A stretch of 64,000 bases of DNA. It comes from a virus (lineage: Duplodnaviria; Caudoviricetes). The stretch is from IMG/VR virus record IMGVR_UViG_3300006752_000009; one strand, written 5' to 3'. A program made the translations under genes and the position numbers. Shown one piece after another: positions 18,326 to 26,847 of this stretch; the first letter of the stretch is position 1, and the number at the start of each line of letters is the position of its first letter. Under the pieces are notes generated by a model. The model worked only from the letters and a program-made list of their open reading frames with translations, ran no database searches and was not told the DNA's origin.

Positions 18326-20049
18326 CTTTTTTTTTGATAAGAAGCTCTTCTACGACCACCACTCATAGCACCCTCAAGTTTACGGATGAGTTTCTGTAGA
18401 CCTGCAATGGCTTTACGAGTACGAACTTCAACAGGCTGACGACCTGCACGACCAGTTCCTTGAATACGATCAAGTGCGAGGCGAATGTCGTTCGCAGACT
18501 CTTGGGAAAGTTGATCTCGATTAGTGCCGAGTGAACGCTGTGTTGCCATGAGCTGTTGTACAGCTCGCTCATCAACGATACCGTTATCTTGGAATGAAGC
18601 AATCGCCGCACGAACAACAGAAACGGTATCTGTGATCATAGCTTGTGAGTAAGCAATGTCTTGGTTCTGCCACATTCCAGGATTTGAAGTAAGACCGATT
18701 GGATACGAGCCATAGAGAGGACCGCTCTTACGGTGTTCACCTCTCTGTGAATATGCAGAGACATAACCCTTCTTGAGCTTAGACTTGAGCTGTTTAACAA
18801 AGAAAGCCTGTGCTTCATAAGAGTCCATAAATGATTTATCGGCTCTACGACCCGAAGAACCAAGACGACCATAAAGGATTTCTACATCTGATCCGCTAAC
18901 GACCATCTCGTAGAATTTGCTTTTGTTCTCGGACTCACCGATGAGATAAAGCATACAAGAGGTAGCCTCTGCCATTGAGCGACCCTCATGATAAGCTGTG
19001 CTTGAGCGAACACCTGCGAGTTGTGGCTCACCTGCGGCTTCACGATTCATGCTTGCAGTGCGATTGAGGTTTGCCTCAAGACGAGCGATCCTCATCTCAA
19101 GGTTACGGATTACTTCACTAGCTGATCTTCTCATTTGAGATCCTTTCTTTAGAAGCCTTCTGACTTCATCTTTAGAGTAAGAGTTGTCGAGCTTACGCTC
19201 ATTACGATAGATGAGGTGACGCAAACGCTTACGCTCCTCATCATTGAGTGAATCAATGCCTCTACGCTGACCTTTATTGATAAGCATAAAGTCATCACGC
19301 TCAAGATAGGCATTGGATTTAAGGTCTGCAAGTAGCTTAGATGCTGGAGATGACTGACTAGCAATGATTTCTTCAACCACATTCATCTGTCTTTCAGAGA
19401 GCTGAATACGATCTTCAGCTTTAGACTTGAGTTGTGCCAAGAAACGATTACGAGGGTCGAGTTCAAGTGCCTTTTCAATACGGACAAGCTGATTACTTGT
19501 CTGATTACCAACCATTTGAGTTTGCATCAGTTTTTCGTCAAGCACTTCAATCTGTCTCTCGGAAAGCTCTCTACCACCCATAAACTGATCGTAGAGACTT
19601 CTGAAAAAACGATTAGTAGGTTGCATCGCAATCGCTTGGTTGAGCTTCGTTAAGATGTCTTGATCGGGATTCTCAATACGCTCTTCAGTTTCGATTAGGA
19701 TTTCCTCAACCCTGTAGTGAAGGGGATCTCCTTGTTGAAGCTCATTTAAGATGTCTTTCCACCAATCACTATTCGGATTAAGAGCAAGAACTGCTTGAAC
19801 ACGCTCAATGCTCTCTACATCTCTGAACTTACCTGGAAAGTCGATCTTGAGTTGGATGAGTCCATCACTGATGGACATATCTCCAAGACTCCTTAACAGA
19901 GACACAAGAACATCTGGTCCTTTTTTGTTGAGTTTAACTTCAAAATCGTCAAAGTTAATCATGGCATTGTCTCTACGAGACTCCATCTCAAGCATCTCTA
20001 GTGCTTCTTCTACTGTGGTATTGTAGAAATATATTTGATTGGCTTTCAT
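18319..20049 (-). CDS. fusion protein: three ~45-aa helical repeats + internal MRRSAS leader + WGR domain + C-terminal helical domain
   Basis: Internal MRRSASEVIRNLEMRIARLE at 19134; WGR-like segment NKSKFYEMVVSGSDVEILYGRLG...KLKKGY; start placed at 20049 after GAAGGAG. Confidence 0.75.
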   Translation of the reverse strand: MKANQIYFYNTTVEEALEMLEMESRRDNAMINFDDFEVKLNKKGPDVLVSLLRSLGDMSISDGLIQLKIDFPGKFRDVESIERVQAVLALNPNSDWWKDILNELQQGDPLHYRVEEILIETEERIENPDQDILTKLNQAIAMQPTNRFFRSLYDQFMGGRELSERQIEVLDEKLMQTQMVGNQTSNQLVRIEKALELDPRNRFLAQLKSKAEDRIQLSERQMNVVEEIIASQSSPASKLLADLKSNAYLERDDFMLINKGQRRGIDSLNDEERKRLRHLIYRNERKLDNSYSKDEVRRLLKKGSQMRRSASEVIRNLEMRIARLEANLNRTASMNREAAGEPQLAGVRSSTAYHEGRSMAEATSCMLYLIGESENKSKFYEMVVSGSDVEILYGRLGSSGRRADKSFMDSYEAQAFFVKQLKSKLKKGYVSAYSQRGEHRKSGPLYGSYPIGLTSNPGMWQNQDIAYSQAMITDTVSVVRAAIASFQDNGIVDERAVQQLMATQRSLGTNRDQLSQESANDIRLALDRIQGTGRAGRQPVEVRTRKAIAGLQKLIRKLEGAMSGGRRRASYQKKSW

Positions 20050-20114
20050 CACATCTCCTTCGGTTTGTTTCACAGCAAAGGAGGAGGTATAAATAAACTA
20101 TAAAAGGTAAAGAT

Positions 20115-20630
20115 ATGAACCCCATCTTAAAGATCTCTCCCGAAAACCAAGACCGATTAAACAAAGCACTAGAATCTATTCTGAACGAACACTTGATGCT
20201 CACACAGATGTACTCATTCGAGGGTTCGGATAAAGATTTGGTTCGAGTCGCAGAATTTTCGTCCACTTGCCTCGAACACCTTAGCAATGTCCTTATTAGT
20301 GATACTGACATCACATGGGATTGGGAGGCATACCAAAAGGCTCGCAAAGAGTTCATGGACAAGCCCACTCCTCAAACTAAAGAAAAGCTGATCCTCCATA
20401 TTCAGTTTAATCTTGGTGTGCATGAGTCGTCCCTTCACACAGGGGAGAAATGGGAACTAGTTGAAGATAAGAACGGATACTTGAAGTTCAAACCTGTTTA
20501 CCCGAACAAGTTCCACATTCGTTTAGGTCAGTTAGAGGACTTAAAGAAATCTTACACCTTTGTTGATGATGTGGTATACAACCAAGATGGGCTTTATGTT
20601 CAGTACAACGAGGTACAAAATGACACATGA
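20115..20630 (+). CDS. hypothetical protein
   Basis: 171-aa ORF. Confidence 0.6.
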   Translation: MNPILKISPENQDRLNKALESILNEHLMLTQMYSFEGSDKDLVRVAEFSSTCLEHLSNVLISDTDITWDWEAYQKARKEFMDKPTPQTKEKLILHIQFNLGVHESSLHTGEKWELVEDKNGYLKFKPVYPNKFHIRLGQLEDLKKSYTFVDDVVYNQDGLYVQYNEVQNDT

Positions 20631-20907
20631 CGAGTTGATCGCTAAGTGGAAGTCATTATTCACAGATGAATATGGGGATTCGACACTGACATATCTTGAA
20701 GTGCCTGATTCTTGGTATTTATTAGTCGATACACTATGTGATCAAATCCAAAGCCACCTAGTAAAAACACCCGAAGCTGGTTTCTTTTATGTAGTTCAGA
20801 TTAAAGAGAAGTTTGGTGGTTTAAGGTTTTATACTAACAGTCATGACTCAACTATAGAGGGTCTGATCCGAATGGCAGAAGCATATAGCTACCACATACC
20901 TCAATAG
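20620..20907 (+). CDS. phage hypothetical protein (QIKEKFGGLRFY motif)
   Basis: Motif recurrent in phage small proteins (from memory); start at ATG 20620 after GAGG. Confidence 0.65.
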   Translation: MTHDELIAKWKSLFTDEYGDSTLTYLEVPDSWYLLVDTLCDQIQSHLVKTPEAGFFYVVQIKEKFGGLRFYTNSHDSTIEGLIRMAEAYSYHIPQ

Positions 20908-20948
20908 TTGTTTTATATCCTCAACTAACAACAAAGGGGGGTATAAAT

Positions 20949-21215
20949 ATGTCATTACCTAGAGAACGAAAAAGAGCTGACTATCGAGTCATTGCTCGCA
21001 TCTTGCAACTGAGTCATGGACAAGCAGATCCAAAAGACTCATTGCTTGAAAAGATTTCTAATGTATTTAATCGTAATGGTGGCTCTTGGGTATTATTCTT
21101 TGAAGGACACCCAAAACACAGCAAGCTACTTAAAGTAGTGATAAAAGCTGTCGTAAAACATAAGAAGGATCAACATGAGCGAAGAACTAGAAGCCAAATC
21201 AGTTGGGAAGATTAA
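20949..21215 (+). CDS. hypothetical protein
   Basis: 88-aa ORF with GGGGG RBS; class A-like box at 20905-20916. Confidence 0.6.
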   Translation: MSLPRERKRADYRVIARILQLSHGQADPKDSLLEKISNVFNRNGGSWVLFFEGHPKHSKLLKVVIKAVVKHKKDQHERRTRSQISWED

Positions 21216-22851
21216 ACCCCGATCAAAAGCGATCACTCGTAAGCTCAATCCTGCCGAGATGAAATCGAGGGTCAAAGTGGCGATGACCACAGGAGGCTCT
21301 ATGATGGGGTCGGGTGGGAACTTCTACTCACCAGAGTTATCTACTGACTTTCTTGAACTACCTCAAAGTCAAGACGAACAACGCAACTACTTTAGGTTCT
21401 TTTATCGCACTGACCCCTTCGTAGGACAGGCGATTGATCTACATACAGAGCTTCCCCTCTCTAAGATCAGATTAGGGCTACCTAAAGCTCGCAACCGAGA
21501 CATGGCTTATGAAGCACTTAGGTTCTGTGAAAAATGGGCGAAGCGAGTCGGACTACTTCACCGACTCATAGAAATCTTACATGAGTTCAACCTGCTCGGT
21601 GAGGTTTTTGTTTTCTGTGAGGACAATAATCCAGATGTGCCTCAAGAGGTGACACATAGTGGTCGGAATGTTCTTAAAGAAGATGGCGAAGCGTTTACTG
21701 AGTGGACTGAGTATGAGGACTCCCATGAACGAGCTTACAAGTGGCTCAAGAGGAACTATAAAGGGTGGACAGGTGTTCGTATCCTCCCTCCCGAACAAGT
21801 TCACATGGAGAGTTTTCCTTTCACTAGTGAGAAGATCATTCAACTTATTCCCGATAGTAAAACTCGTGATGTAGTTGAACGAGCTTCGGTTAATGATCCC
21901 TCTGCTCTTCGTATTGTAGACTCAATGCCAGGAGATGTTGTAGAAGCTATTCGAGATGGTCGCAACATTGACCTCAATACTGATCCCGATCAAGGATCAT
22001 TCGTTTATTATATGGCTCGTAAGAAATCACAATATGAACCTCGTGGACACTCTATGCTTGAGCGTTGTCTTCGTATCCTCGTTTATCGAGATAAATTAAG
22101 ACAAGCCCAAACTTCTATCGCTTCAAGACACATGACTCCTATCCGACTCGTATATGCAGAGGATATGGATGCGTCTGATGTTGAAGAGTTGAGAGATCAA
22201 GTGGATCTTGCACTACAAGATCCAGACTATTCTATCATCGCTAACTTCCAAGTCTCTTGGGAAGAGATGGGTGCTGACTCTCGTTTGCTTGAACTATCGG
22301 GCGAATATGATATGACAGACCGACAGATGTATGCAGGTCTAGGTGTTACAGAATCTCTGTTATCTGGTGAGTCTAGTTATAGTGGCGATAGGATCAACTT
22401 AGAAGTCATCAACACACGCTATATGCTTATGCGTGAGGTTCTTCAAGAGATGGTTGAAGAGAACATCTTGAAGCCAATGTGTAGACGAATGGGTTTCGTT
22501 GAAATAGATGAAGATGGTGATGAGGTTGTAGTACACCCAACCCTTAGCTTCACTCGACTTGGATTGCGTGATAATCAAGATACCTTTGACGCTCTCTTTA
22601 ACCTGTATCAGAAGGGTTCATTGGACATTGATGTGATCCTAGAACTCCTCAATGTAGATCCTATGACAACTAAGGCTAAACTTGAGCGTGATATGTGGAC
22701 ACTCAATGACTCTCAGTTTAACGAAGTTCTGAGAGGGGTCTATGGTGAAGCAGGTCGTATGTTAGCCGAGAACACAGAAGCGATTGAGATCATCGCTAAG
22801 AATCTTGGATTAAAGTACAACCCACCAGAAGATGACGGTGGTCGTTTCTAA
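21175..22851 (+). CDS. probable portal protein
   Basis: 558 aa; segments FYRTDP.VGQAIDLHTELPLS, LLHRL.EI.HE..LLGE.F and YE.RG.S.L.RC resemble large-phage portals (from memory). Confidence 0.65.
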   Translation: MSEELEAKSVGKIKPRSKAITRKLNPAEMKSRVKVAMTTGGSMMGSGGNFYSPELSTDFLELPQSQDEQRNYFRFFYRTDPFVGQAIDLHTELPLSKIRLGLPKARNRDMAYEALRFCEKWAKRVGLLHRLIEILHEFNLLGEVFVFCEDNNPDVPQEVTHSGRNVLKEDGEAFTEWTEYEDSHERAYKWLKRNYKGWTGVRILPPEQVHMESFPFTSEKIIQLIPDSKTRDVVERASVNDPSALRIVDSMPGDVVEAIRDGRNIDLNTDPDQGSFVYYMARKKSQYEPRGHSMLERCLRILVYRDKLRQAQTSIASRHMTPIRLVYAEDMDASDVEELRDQVDLALQDPDYSIIANFQVSWEEMGADSRLLELSGEYDMTDRQMYAGLGVTESLLSGESSYSGDRINLEVINTRYMLMREVLQEMVEENILKPMCRRMGFVEIDEDGDEVVVHPTLSFTRLGLRDNQDTFDALFNLYQKGSLDIDVILELLNVDPMTTKAKLERDMWTLNDSQFNEVLRGVYGEAGRMLAENTEAIEIIAKNLGLKYNPPEDDGGRF

Positions 22852-22911
22852 TAGTTTATTTATACCCTCTCATAAGTGATCTCTTTAACCTTAAACCAAT
22901 GGAGAAAAACC
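22852..22911 (+). promoter_or_regulatory. representative cassette 5' module: class A box TAGTTTATTTAT, ATAAGTGATC, AACCAATGGAG RBS
   Basis: Near-identical copies at 9445-9500(-), 16540-16602(-), 34336-34397(+), 34745-34805(+); partial copy at 33177-33231(+). Confidence 0.75.
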
Positions 22912-23205
22912 ATGAGAAGATCTGCTAGTGAAACTATTAGAAATCTTGAAGATCGTATCGCTCGCCTTGAAGGTAAGACAGCGAAAATCAACCTCAAATC
23001 CCTTGCCAAGCACATAAGTAAAAAAAGAAGCGATGGTACTGGTACTGTTGGCTTTGTGGAATATGACGCACGAAGCCAAACAGTAATTTTCCTCAATGGG
23101 GACTATGAAGATATAGTAGTACCTGTAGACAAGTTGTTAGCTCAACTTATCCGAGAGGAGATGGGTAATGACCTGTATGACTTAGAGGGCAACACTATCA
23201 GTTAA
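22912..23205 (+). CDS. MRRSAS-leader cassette protein (payload unknown)
   Basis: MRRSASETIRNLEDRIARLE; 5' module 22852-22911 starts immediately after the portal stop. Confidence 0.8.
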   Translation: MRRSASETIRNLEDRIARLEGKTAKINLKSLAKHISKKRSDGTGTVGFVEYDARSQTVIFLNGDYEDIVVPVDKLLAQLIREEMGNDLYDLEGNTIS

Positions 23206-23714
23206 GAGGATAAAGCCTTATATAGCTTCTCCCACTGACGCACCTTTGAGTCCTCTAGCGATGAGAGCATATTGAACACCTCCCAATAGCGTAAGGTGTC
23301 CTCATAATCCTCTCTCCTAGAGGTTTTCTCGTTTAATAGACCCTCTACCCTACGCATTATCATTTCTTTGCGTGTAGGGTCTTCGTAGGTGTCCTCAAAG
23401 ATGTCTTTCTTTGGTTGGTACTTCCACACCTCAAGCCCATACTTGAGTTCTAGGGCTGTGCAAGCCCTACCAAAGTCAAGACCCTCTTTTTCCATTACCG
23501 TAGCGATGGAGTCTCGCACCTTACCACAGGCGAAACAGAACCAAGTGTTTGTCTCTGGATAAACACGAGCTGAGGGTGCGTTATCCGATCCATCCCCATG
23601 TAAGTCGCACCTAAACTGTTGTTGGTTGGTGTGTCCATGCACATCATAGTTATAAGCACTTAATACTGAGAGAATAGGTATCTTCTCTTTGATTCTTTCG
23701 GCTCTTTTGCTCAT
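23202..23714 (-). CDS. CHC2 zinc-finger protein (DnaG primase Zn-binding domain-like, stand-alone)
   Basis: FRCDLHGD....PSARVY....WFCFACG. Confidence 0.8.
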   Translation of the reverse strand: MSKRAERIKEKIPILSVLSAYNYDVHGHTNQQQFRCDLHGDGSDNAPSARVYPETNTWFCFACGKVRDSIATVMEKEGLDFGRACTALELKYGLEVWKYQPKKDIFEDTYEDPTRKEMIMRRVEGLLNEKTSRREDYEDTLRYWEVFNMLSSLEDSKVRQWEKLYKALSS

Positions 23715-23944
23715 TTACTGCCTCGCTTCATCACTTGTCGTAAGTGATGGTATCGTTCATTGACCATCACTTCTTCATGGCATTCCCCAAACGATAACTC
23801 TTGAGGGGGAGCGTTCACGCTCACATAAGTTGATACTCCGTCTGACTCACAAAGATGGACGGACACCTCTCTACTGCTGTCCATATAGATAAGCCCGAAG
23901 CATAGGGCAATAAAAGCGATCACAGCGATTCCGTCAGATGTCAT
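23711..23944 (-). CDS. small membrane protein
   Basis: N-terminal hydrophobic segment IAVIAFIALCFGLIY. Confidence 0.55.
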   Translation of the reverse strand: MTSDGIAVIAFIALCFGLIYMDSSREVSVHLCESDGVSTYVSVNAPPQELSFGECHEEVMVNERYHHLRQVMKRGSK

Positions 23945-24245
23945 ATTTAACTCCTAGTGCCTTCCATGAAGCGTAAGCGAACCAGTCCTCTTGAGAGAGT
24001 ATCATCTCATAGTCATGGGCGAGACCGATGCGAACATAGTTCTCATTGAACTCAAGACTTGGGGTGTACTTAAAGTCTCTCTCTGCCTCTAGGAAAGCCT
24101 CAAACTCACCATAGTAGAGGTTATATTTCTCATACTCCTCATATTCCTCATAGTCTGGAGTATTGAGGTCTGTCCTCACCAGCAACTTGCGAGTGGTGAA
24201 AGGCATGACTCTTTGTTCGGTAAAGTCGATGTCGTATTCAAGCAT
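23934..24245 (-). CDS. hypothetical protein
   Basis: Start moved to ATG 24245 (GAGG RBS, overlaps the upstream stop). Confidence 0.55.
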   Translation of the reverse strand: MLEYDIDFTEQRVMPFTTRKLLVRTDLNTPDYEEYEEYEKYNLYYGEFEAFLEAERDFKYTPSLEFNENYVRIGLAHDYEMILSQEDWFAYASWKALGVKYDI

Positions 24246-24456
24246 TGCTGTTTTCCTCTCGGTAGTGAAGCTCATCTCCGATAGAGATGTATAGATCTTC
24301 ATACTCGTTGGTTGGGTGGGTGGCGAGTATGTGCTTTTGGATCGCCACTAGAGTCTCGTTAGGTAAAGCGAGTTGATCATAAGGTGGGATCTCATCACCG
24401 TTAATGGTGATGGTGTGGTCGCCTTCAAGGTTTGGTAGTGAGACTGTGATGTTCAT
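24238..24456 (-). CDS. hypothetical protein
   Basis: AAGGAG RBS. Confidence 0.55.
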   Translation of the reverse strand: MNITVSLPNLEGDHTITINGDEIPPYDQLALPNETLVAIQKHILATHPTNEYEDLYISIGDELHYREENSNA

Positions 24457-24656
24457 AGAGTGTTCTCCTTTGGGAAGTTTTAGTATTGCTCCTCCACCAC
24501 CGAGTCAGAGGACTCAACTCCCATCTAAAGGTGCGTGGTGGTGTTAGGGTTCTTATGGGTAAAGAGTTCGATGAGGGCTAGGGTTAGAAGAATGTGTTTC
24601 AAGTTTCTCCTTTGGGAGTGAGTGGTTATACAATGTTATAGATAAGGGGTTACAAA

Positions 24657-24911
24657 CACCCCGACTCTCCTAAGAGAAGCCGAGGTGTCGGGCAAGTGAG
24701 CTGACCTCGCCAAGCATATCTGAGTCTGCGTAAAGCCCGTTTCTATAGGAAAGACGCAACATCTCACCTTATGTTGGCTCAAACCCCCCTTTTGAGATTG
24801 AACCTACGATGCGAGGTCAGAATCACCCACAACGACCACTACCCTTTCAATGGGTGGTTTACCTTTACAACAGCGTAAAGGCTTTGTTGGGCTAGTGGCA
24901 TCCCCCAACGA
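24657..24911 (-). ncRNA. stand-alone structured RNA candidate (~255 nt), family unknown
   Basis: No ORF; promoter-like TGTAACCCCTTAT...TATAAT at 24913-24936; 10-bp long-range helix 24701-24710/24811-24820; at least six local hairpins; terminator-like 3' hairpin at 24659-24685. Confidence 0.6.
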
Positions 24912-24984
24912 CATTATACAATAAATAAGGGGTTACAGTTGTAGTTTCTTTATCGCTCTCAATATAAAGAAAAAGGAGCTTACT

Positions 24985-26847
24985 ATGCAGAATATAACTA
25001 GTAGAATAAGACCACCAAGAGCAGTAGTCGAACAGATCGAAGAATACCTATTAAGCCAAGTCGGGGTATACGAAACCCTTAATCTAAATGTTAATGTTCC
25101 CCCACCTCCAAGAACTCGTGGTTATGTAGAGGACTTAGACTTGAGAGTGGAGATAATTCCTCCTCATGCGTCTGAAAAATATAATAGAGTTGAAGCTAAA
25201 TATGACTCTACGAACTCTGTTCTTTATGTGAACCTCCCCTACTTTGAAAAAAAATATGAGGGAAGGGAACTAGCAGAAGCTCTTTACAGAGTAGTCGCTC
25301 ACGAGCTAGTTCATGTATATCAAATCCTTTATACTAGATCACGAGATGGCGATCCGAGATCTGACTCTCCAACAGCAGGGCTTCCTGGACTTAGAGAGAG
25401 AACCCCACAATATAGACAGGAAACAGGTGAGATACTTGACCATCGTTTAGACGACAATGAGTTTTACCCACGCTTAGAGGACACCATCAATGCAATCAAC
25501 TTTGTAGCGAGAACAAGGCAAGATGAGATAGCGAGTATCATTTCTTATGTTGTAGGTGAGTCAAAACGACCAGCGTACCGTTCTAAGCACTTAAGAGAGC
25601 CTATGGCATGGCTTGAAGACTTAGGGAAGTACGCACCTAAAAAGTTCCTCAAAGCTGTGAGAAAGATCAAGAACGAGTTCCCCGAAACAGCAAAAATGCG
25701 TACTGCCGATTTCTTTAGGCAGGTTAGTCCTCCCGATGAGTTAAGTACCTTTAGTAATGGAACACCCACAGGTAAAGGAACAGACCTTAAAGACAAAGGT
25801 GAAGGCTCTCAAATGCCAAATGGAGATGGAGCTAGGAATATAGGTCGCCCTAGCCCCGACTCCCCTAACCTTAAATCAAGAAATCTTGATCGCTCTGAGT
25901 CTTATGGTCGTAAGCCTGCTGAGGGATTTGATGGAGGTTATGTGCATGATAGTGGTAGCGGTAGTGCTAGGGTTATCCCTTATGATAGTGGTTTTGCGAA
26001 CAACTCATCTCCTTTGAGAAAAGCGTCAAAGCGTGTTGCTCACAGATACTTAGATTCATTAAAAGCACCTTCGATGAAGACATCGGCAAGACCGATACGC
26101 ATTGATAAAGCTAAGATCAAAGAGATGACTAAGGATGCGATCAAAACCCTTGAGGACATAGTTAAGAAAACTAAGGAGGAAACCTTATCCAAAGCTATCA
26201 AACGCAAGACGAGAGACGGAACTATATTTCTAGGTAGCTACCTAGATTCTGGTTCCTCTATTGAGATTCAGATCATGGTCAAAGAAACGCACGAAAATGG
26301 GCAGTACATCTACAATCCACAAAGGGGTTTGCATGAGATCGAAATCTATCTTGCAGATAGAACCGTCAAAGAACTGACTCACCCTTATCTGTATAAAATG
26401 TCAATAAGACCAGCGATGGTTAAGCACATATACTCTATTCTCATACATGAGATTACTCATGCCGTTGAGCGAATCCGATACTTGCAGACTGACGAGGACT
26501 TGCTAGGCTTTGGTTTAAATCAAGGATCTAGGTTTGATAAGGCAAAGATCAAGACACGCAAAGACAAAGATAAGGTATTAAAGGCGTATTACAATGACCC
26601 TAGCGAGGTTAAGGCTTACCTCCAACAGATTGCTGATGAAGTAGAGGAATACCTTAACCAAAAGCATGGAGGGCTGTCTAAAGAATCCCTACAGTCTGGT
26701 TGGAGAGATTCTTTTGGTTATTACGGTTCTAAGACTTGGGATCAAGTTTCTAAATACCTCACCCCAAAGAACCAAAAGTATATCAAGAAAGCAGTGCTCT
26801 CACATCTCATAGAGACCATAGACTCAAAGGAATCAACCAATGGCTAA
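24985..26847 (+). CDS. polyprotein-like probable virion protein with two HExxH zincin-type domains
   Basis: HELVH at 25300 and HEITH at 26446; linkers KMRTAD, RKASKRVAHRYL, MKTSA; class A box at 24941. Confidence 0.7.
   Translation: MQNITSRIRPPRAVVEQIEEYLLSQVGVYETLNLNVNVPPPPRTRGYVEDLDLRVEIIPPHASEKYNRVEAKYDSTNSVLYVNLPYFEKKYEGRELAEALYRVVAHELVHVYQILYTRSRDGDPRSDSPTAGLPGLRERTPQYRQETGEILDHRLDDNEFYPRLEDTINAINFVARTRQDEIASIISYVVGESKRPAYRSKHLREPMAWLEDLGKYAPKKFLKAVRKIKNEFPETAKMRTADFFRQVSPPDELSTFSNGTPTGKGTDLKDKGEGSQMPNGDGARNIGRPSPDSPNLKSRNLDRSESYGRKPAEGFDGGYVHDSGSGSARVIPYDSGFANNSSPLRKASKRVAHRYLDSLKAPSMKTSARPIRIDKAKIKEMTKDAIKTLEDIVKKTKEETLSKAIKRKTRDGTIFLGSYLDSGSSIEIQIMVKETHENGQYIYNPQRGLHEIEIYLADRTVKELTHPYLYKMSIRPAMVKHIYSILIHEITHAVERIRYLQTDEDLLGFGLNQGSRFDKAKIKTRKDKDKVLKAYYNDPSEVKAYLQQIADEVEEYLNQKHGGLSKESLQSGWRDSFGYYGSKTWDQVSKYLTPKNQKYIKKAVLSHLIETIDSKESTNG

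Noticed and set aside
24657-24911. tmRNA or tRNA identity for the structured RNA (GGGTGATTCTG start-like motif, GGTTCAAT T-loop-like motif)
   Set aside because: No GGATTCGAC after the 5' motif, no CCA end, the T-loop-like motif is in the wrong place and no tag ORF is evident; kept as an unknown RNA
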